Assembly: GCA_028534125.1 (NCBI GenBank)
Contig: CM052816.1
Coordinates: 1,984,001 to 2,048,000, forward strand
Direction of reading: 5' to 3'
DNA from: Lama glama
Taxonomy: Eukaryota
DNA: 64,000 bases
Made by a program: the position numbers and the translations under genes. Below, one piece after another: positions 59,459 to 64,000 of this stretch. Under the pieces are notes generated by a model. That model had not been told where the DNA came from and searched no databases. It saw nothing but the letters and a program-made list of their open reading frames with translations. Every line of letters starts with the position of its first letter. The stretch's first letter is position 1.

Positions 59459-62104
59459 AAAAAAAGGAACCTTGAGCATACAGGGCATAGAAACAAAAGA
59501 AGGGAGTTTCAGAGACAGAGCACCATCTGTGTAGTAAGTGTAGGGAAATCCAGATGGACGTGAAGACTGAGAAGAGCACCAGGGGGTCACTGGTGAACTG
59601 CAGGAGAGGATGTTCAAATAGGAGCTGCGGCAGCAAAGCCAGGTTTTATGAGGTTCAGGTGGCCAGGAGTGCTGGTGACTCTGGCGGGGAGAAAGCTGGG
59701 CAGGGAAGAAACCAACTCTAGAGAAAACAAGGAGTGAGTCTCCCTCTTTTTTTTTTTTTAAGAATGGGAAAACTTGATAATATCGGTAACTGACAGGATG
59801 GACTTATTCTTATCACTGTTAATCAGACTATTTAGATAATTTACACATCTCACTCTCCAGCCACTTTGGCTAAATGGGGAACGTAATCTAATTTTTTTGT
59901 TGTAAAGCTTGGAGATGGAGACGCTGCTTTTCTGTGGTTGAGAGCGCTTCTCCTTATGGGAAGAGGTTCCACATCCTGAAGATGAGGAGATGCAGGTCCC
60001 AGGACCAGGAAGCATGTCGATGTTTCTTGCCCCGATTTATGAAGCTGCGTGTCAGACGCTCACTAGAGATACACCACGTGTGTTAGGCTGCGAGGGCTGA
60101 GACTCAGAAGTGTGCTCTTCCCTGGGTGTGCAGAATTGTCCGAGGGGTGAACTTGCTTGCTGGGGAAAAGGCTGCTGTGTTTGGAGTCCACAGTGTATGT
60201 AGGTCCCCGGATGCTGGGGACCCACTCCTGTGATGAGCCACATTGCTCTCCTGCTGCTTGGGTTGCAGGTCAAGAAGGGATGTGAAATAAAGGGAGTCCT
60301 GCTCTGTGACAAAGCAAACTAGGAAACTCCAAGTCCCCCGATAGACGCCTACTTTACGGAGCAAATGGCAGGTCTGTGCCTGGTGTGGTGCCTGGCACAC
60401 ACAGCGGGAGCCTAGAAAACGCCGTTTGGAAGGTTGAAGATCCGTCAGTCACACAGCAATGAGGGCGTGATTATCACTGTGATTTCTTTTGTCAACAGGG
60501 TAGCTTTTCCCTTGGAGTGCCTTTGTGTCTGTTGTTCCTTCCACTGCATTATTTCAGCCTGAGCCCTCTCCTGCCTTAAACACAAGTGAATCTGTTCTCG
60601 CCTTCATCCGGTCCTTCTTGGTTAATGCCTGTCTTGTGTGTGGTGGAGGTTGCTACCCACCTTTCTTGGTCCTTCCGAGTTCAGTAGAGGGAACTAGGGA
60701 GCAGTTCAGCTTGGAGACGGGAGGAAAGAGAAGGCAAGAAAGACTGTCGTGGGGAAGGATGATGGGTCCTTGCTCTGCTCAGCTCTGGGTTAGAACTAGG
60801 AAGTTTCAGAGGGTTAGATGTCAGTTCAGCCTAAGGGAAAATCTTCTGTCCCCAACTTGCAGTTGATTTTTAGTTTTTTAACAGAAAAGTAAGATTGTGA
60901 TTCAAAGCAGAAGACAGCGGGAGTATGGCAATAAAATATATAGCCTCTGTTCTTCCCCACGTATTCCACTTCCTGTAGGTTATTTCTTGGAAGGGTCTAT
61001 TCATTTACTCAAAAAAACAAGAAAACCTTTCAGAGGGCCTCTCGTGTGCTGGGCTCTGTTCTAGTTGCTGGGGAGATAGGGATGAACAAGACAGAGGCAT
61101 GAACCAAACAGTCTGAGACCCTGTCCTCATGGAGGGACAGACAGTAGAGAAGCCGACAAACACATATGTGATGTGATGAGTGCTAGGAAGGAAAGTGAGG
61201 CAGGATAAGGGGCTCGCGAGCTCTGCGGTAGTCAGAGGCCGTGACTTTGTGCAGGAATTGGAAGTGAGAATGTGAACTTGCTTGTGACAGGTTGTCTCCT
61301 CCCCTCCATCCCTCCCCCTCTGTCTCTCCCTCTTTCATTTTGTTCTCCCAGAAATGGGATCGCATCATACACACTCTTCTGCAGCGTGGCTTTCTCAGGT
61401 CACAGTATGATGTGGACTTCTTTCAATAATGGTGTATGCAAAGCCACCTTCATTCCTTTTAATGCTGCACCCAATTCCATACATACATGTACATGTGTAC
61501 ATGTGTACATTTGTGTATTTGTATATGCATATATTTTTAAAGTGGGCTCAAACTGTGGACACTACTTGGTCGCCACCCCATATGCAAAGCAGAGCCCTGG
61601 GATCCCATTTTGGGAATGATGACTGGGTGATGCAGTGACATGGCGTGCGAGGCAGGAAAACTCTTGGGCTATTTTAAATAGTTGCAAAAAGTTTTTTTTT
61701 TTTCTCTAAATGTTAAGTGACCTCTAGCCCTTTATTCATATTTTCTCTCTCTTCCTTTATTACCCCCATTTTATTTCTAGTCTGTCTTCCCTTCTACACT
61801 TCTTCACATCTGCCGTTTGCTCTGGGTCCCTTGGGGCTCAGCAGAGAGGGGTGGTTCTCACTTCGGCTGTGCTTCAGTTCATCTGACTGAGCTCAAGGGC
61901 ACTTTTATTTTAAGGGGATGAAGTGCTTAAGGCAAAGGACAAATCTCAGGCCTAGTGTGGCGCTTGTTTGGGCGAGGTGGCTTTGGTGCTTGGGGTGGGG
62001 TGGGGGTGACCCCTCCTTCCCTCAGTTGTATCTGCTCGGAGGGTCAGCTTGGCTTCCTTTGTCAGTCGCCTTCCTGTTTTCTTGGATTGTATTTCCCCCA
62101 GTAC

Positions 62105-62830
62105 ATTGCATTCATTCATGAAGTCATTCATTCATTCAGTCAGTTAATATTTGAGCTTCTCTATTCTGTCCCAGGCCTTACACCCCTCATTAGGTAAATA
62201 AAATGGACAGTGTGTTCTTTTATGAAGATATGGTTTAAAGGGGGAAGGGAGGAAAAAGACAGTAACAAAAAATACACAGATATATATGTAGGAATAAAAT
62301 TTGCAATGTGTTTAGCGCCCTGCAAGGAAAAACCAGGAGAAACCTGTCAGGTGTCAGGTCCAGCCTCTCTGAGAAAGTAGGCTAGCTAGAGACTGAGGCC
62401 TAAAGAGGGTAGAGGTAGAGTCTGGGGAACTGGAGAGGGCTTGGAGGAGGGGTAGTCTGGGCTGGGAAGCCTGCCTGGGCCCAGGCCTGAGGTCAGACTG
62501 AGTGTGGCCCATCCGAGAGACTGAAATTGGCCAGTGAGGCTGGAGCTTGGCAAGTAGGAGGAGAACGACAGGAGGGTGGGAGGTGGCCTGGCACCATGTC
62601 ATGCCGTAGACTTATTCTGAGTGTGCTGGGAAGCCATTAACAGGTCTTGGGCAGTGAAGGGACATGGTTCCATTGACCTTTGGAGAAGATCACTCTGGCT
62701 GTTGCAGTGAGTAAAGAGTGGAGGCAGGGAGGCCAGATGGGAGGCTACTGCAGAAGTCCAAGCGAGAAATGCAAGTGACTTGGGAGTGAGGGGAGAGAGT
62801 CACATGGGCTTGAGATGTAGATTCCAGTCT
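62105..62830 (-). mobile_element. LINE-2 fragment
   Basis: cattcattcattcag...atatttgag, then gccagtgaggctggagc...ttattctgagtg...gggaagccatt...aagatcactctggctg...ggaggctactgcag. Confidence 0.7.
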
Positions 62831-63697
62831 GAAATTATCATCACGTGAGTTGGAAGAGTCCCTGGAGGCCATTTATTCTGGGCAGGACGATGGTGAGGGT
62901 TTGACCAGTGGGGTTCTGCCTAATCGCTGTTTTGAAAAAGGGGAAAAAAATGGAAAATAGAAAGGAGAAGTAGGCCTTTCCATCCATGTCTTTTCTCACT
63001 GAGTAAAGGGGACTCGGGCTCTGTCAACGGGCTGCTTTTGGAGACCTGTGCTCCCGCACTTAGAGGTGGGTACCACAATCGCTCCATTTCACAAAGGAGG
63101 AAGTTAAGACTCCAGCAGGAGGAATACCTTACTGGAGGTGACACAGACAGCTCCAATTGCAAAGCCAGTGTTCCTAACCACCGTGCTCTTCTGGCAAGCC
63201 TTTGAAACGTAGCTGTAGGTGATGAGAATACAGGGATGGTGGAGTTTGGGTTTTGGATTATTTTTGTGCACGCGTTCCAACCACCGTACTTTTCGTTCCC
63301 TTGTTTCTTTATCTGTCTCTTAGGTATTGGGGTCCCTTGGGCTTCCCATCCCCAAAGTGCTAGTGTAGCAGAACTCAGACCAGGAGGAAAAGTTTCCTCG
63401 AACCAGTAAGAGAGAGGCTCTGTGGCGGGTGGAGTGGTTTTAGCTGGGACCTTGACAAAGGAGATACAGTTCTTGCTGTTGCTTTCTGCAGATACGAGAG
63501 ACAAGCAGACTGAGCATCAGATTTGGAAGCTGAGTCTCTTCTCAGAGATAGGGTTACAGACAGGAGCGAGACTTCCCAACTTTGGGGAGGAACTCCCTAT
63601 GCAGGCGTGTATTTCTGGGTCCTGGAAATGAAGTTCAGTGTTTGGTTCTCCCCAGCAGCTCTCTAAATTTAGGCTCTATGATTCACCAAGTCTAATG

Positions 63698-63699
<2 letters not shown>

Positions 63700-63732
<33 letters not shown>
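63700..63732. repeat. (TG)n microsatellite
   Basis: About 16 units read directly. Confidence 0.95.
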
Positions 63733-63735
<3 letters not shown>

Positions 63736-64000
63736 TGTACGTACATACGTGTGTGCTTGTGTAAGAGAAAGGGAGAAAAAAGTATGTATTTTATTTGTGG
63801 CCCAGGGTAATAAATAATGCTCAGATAACTCGCTCATCTCCTTGACCTTGACGATCGAATACATGCTTTTATAGTGTGCCCCTAGGTGTAGACTGGCCAA
63901 TGGACACATTTTTTAAATTTGCAACAAGTCTCAGATGGATAGTTTTCCACTGATCATGGGTAATTTTCTAAAACCCTAATTTTTCACCCTTTAGAAGCAT

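Noticed and set aside
58711..59636. ORFs of 182-254 aa
   Set aside because: Mostly X residues from the second gap.

Overview
Mammalian genomic DNA, most likely a camelid (four tRNA-Ala-derived Vic-1-like SINEs), with two 500-N scaffold gaps. The + strand carries the last three coding exons and 3' UTR of RNF145 (2.8-8.1 kb), a ~33-kb repeat-rich intergenic region, a CpG-rich promoter complex (34.8-46.5 kb), and coding exons 1-5 of EBF1 (42478-56618), which continues past the window end. All exons were placed by GT-AG boundaries and reading frame; EBF1 exon 5 is missing from the supplied ORF track. I found no convincing new protein-coding system, and most ORF-track entries are chance, low-complexity or N-spanning ORFs. 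The best leads are structural or regulatory: a 225-bp inverted repeat mirrored across the gap upstream of the EBF1 promoter, an apparent frameshift/stop-loss at the RNF145 C-terminus, an interstitial telomeric array with 9-bp inverted flanks, oriented CTCF-like motifs between the genes, an inverted SINE pair, a possible L1 3' transduction, and an unusual EBF1 leader (A57 tract, uORF, weak first ATG). Repeat family names and human/mouse comparisons are from memory and need database confirmation.
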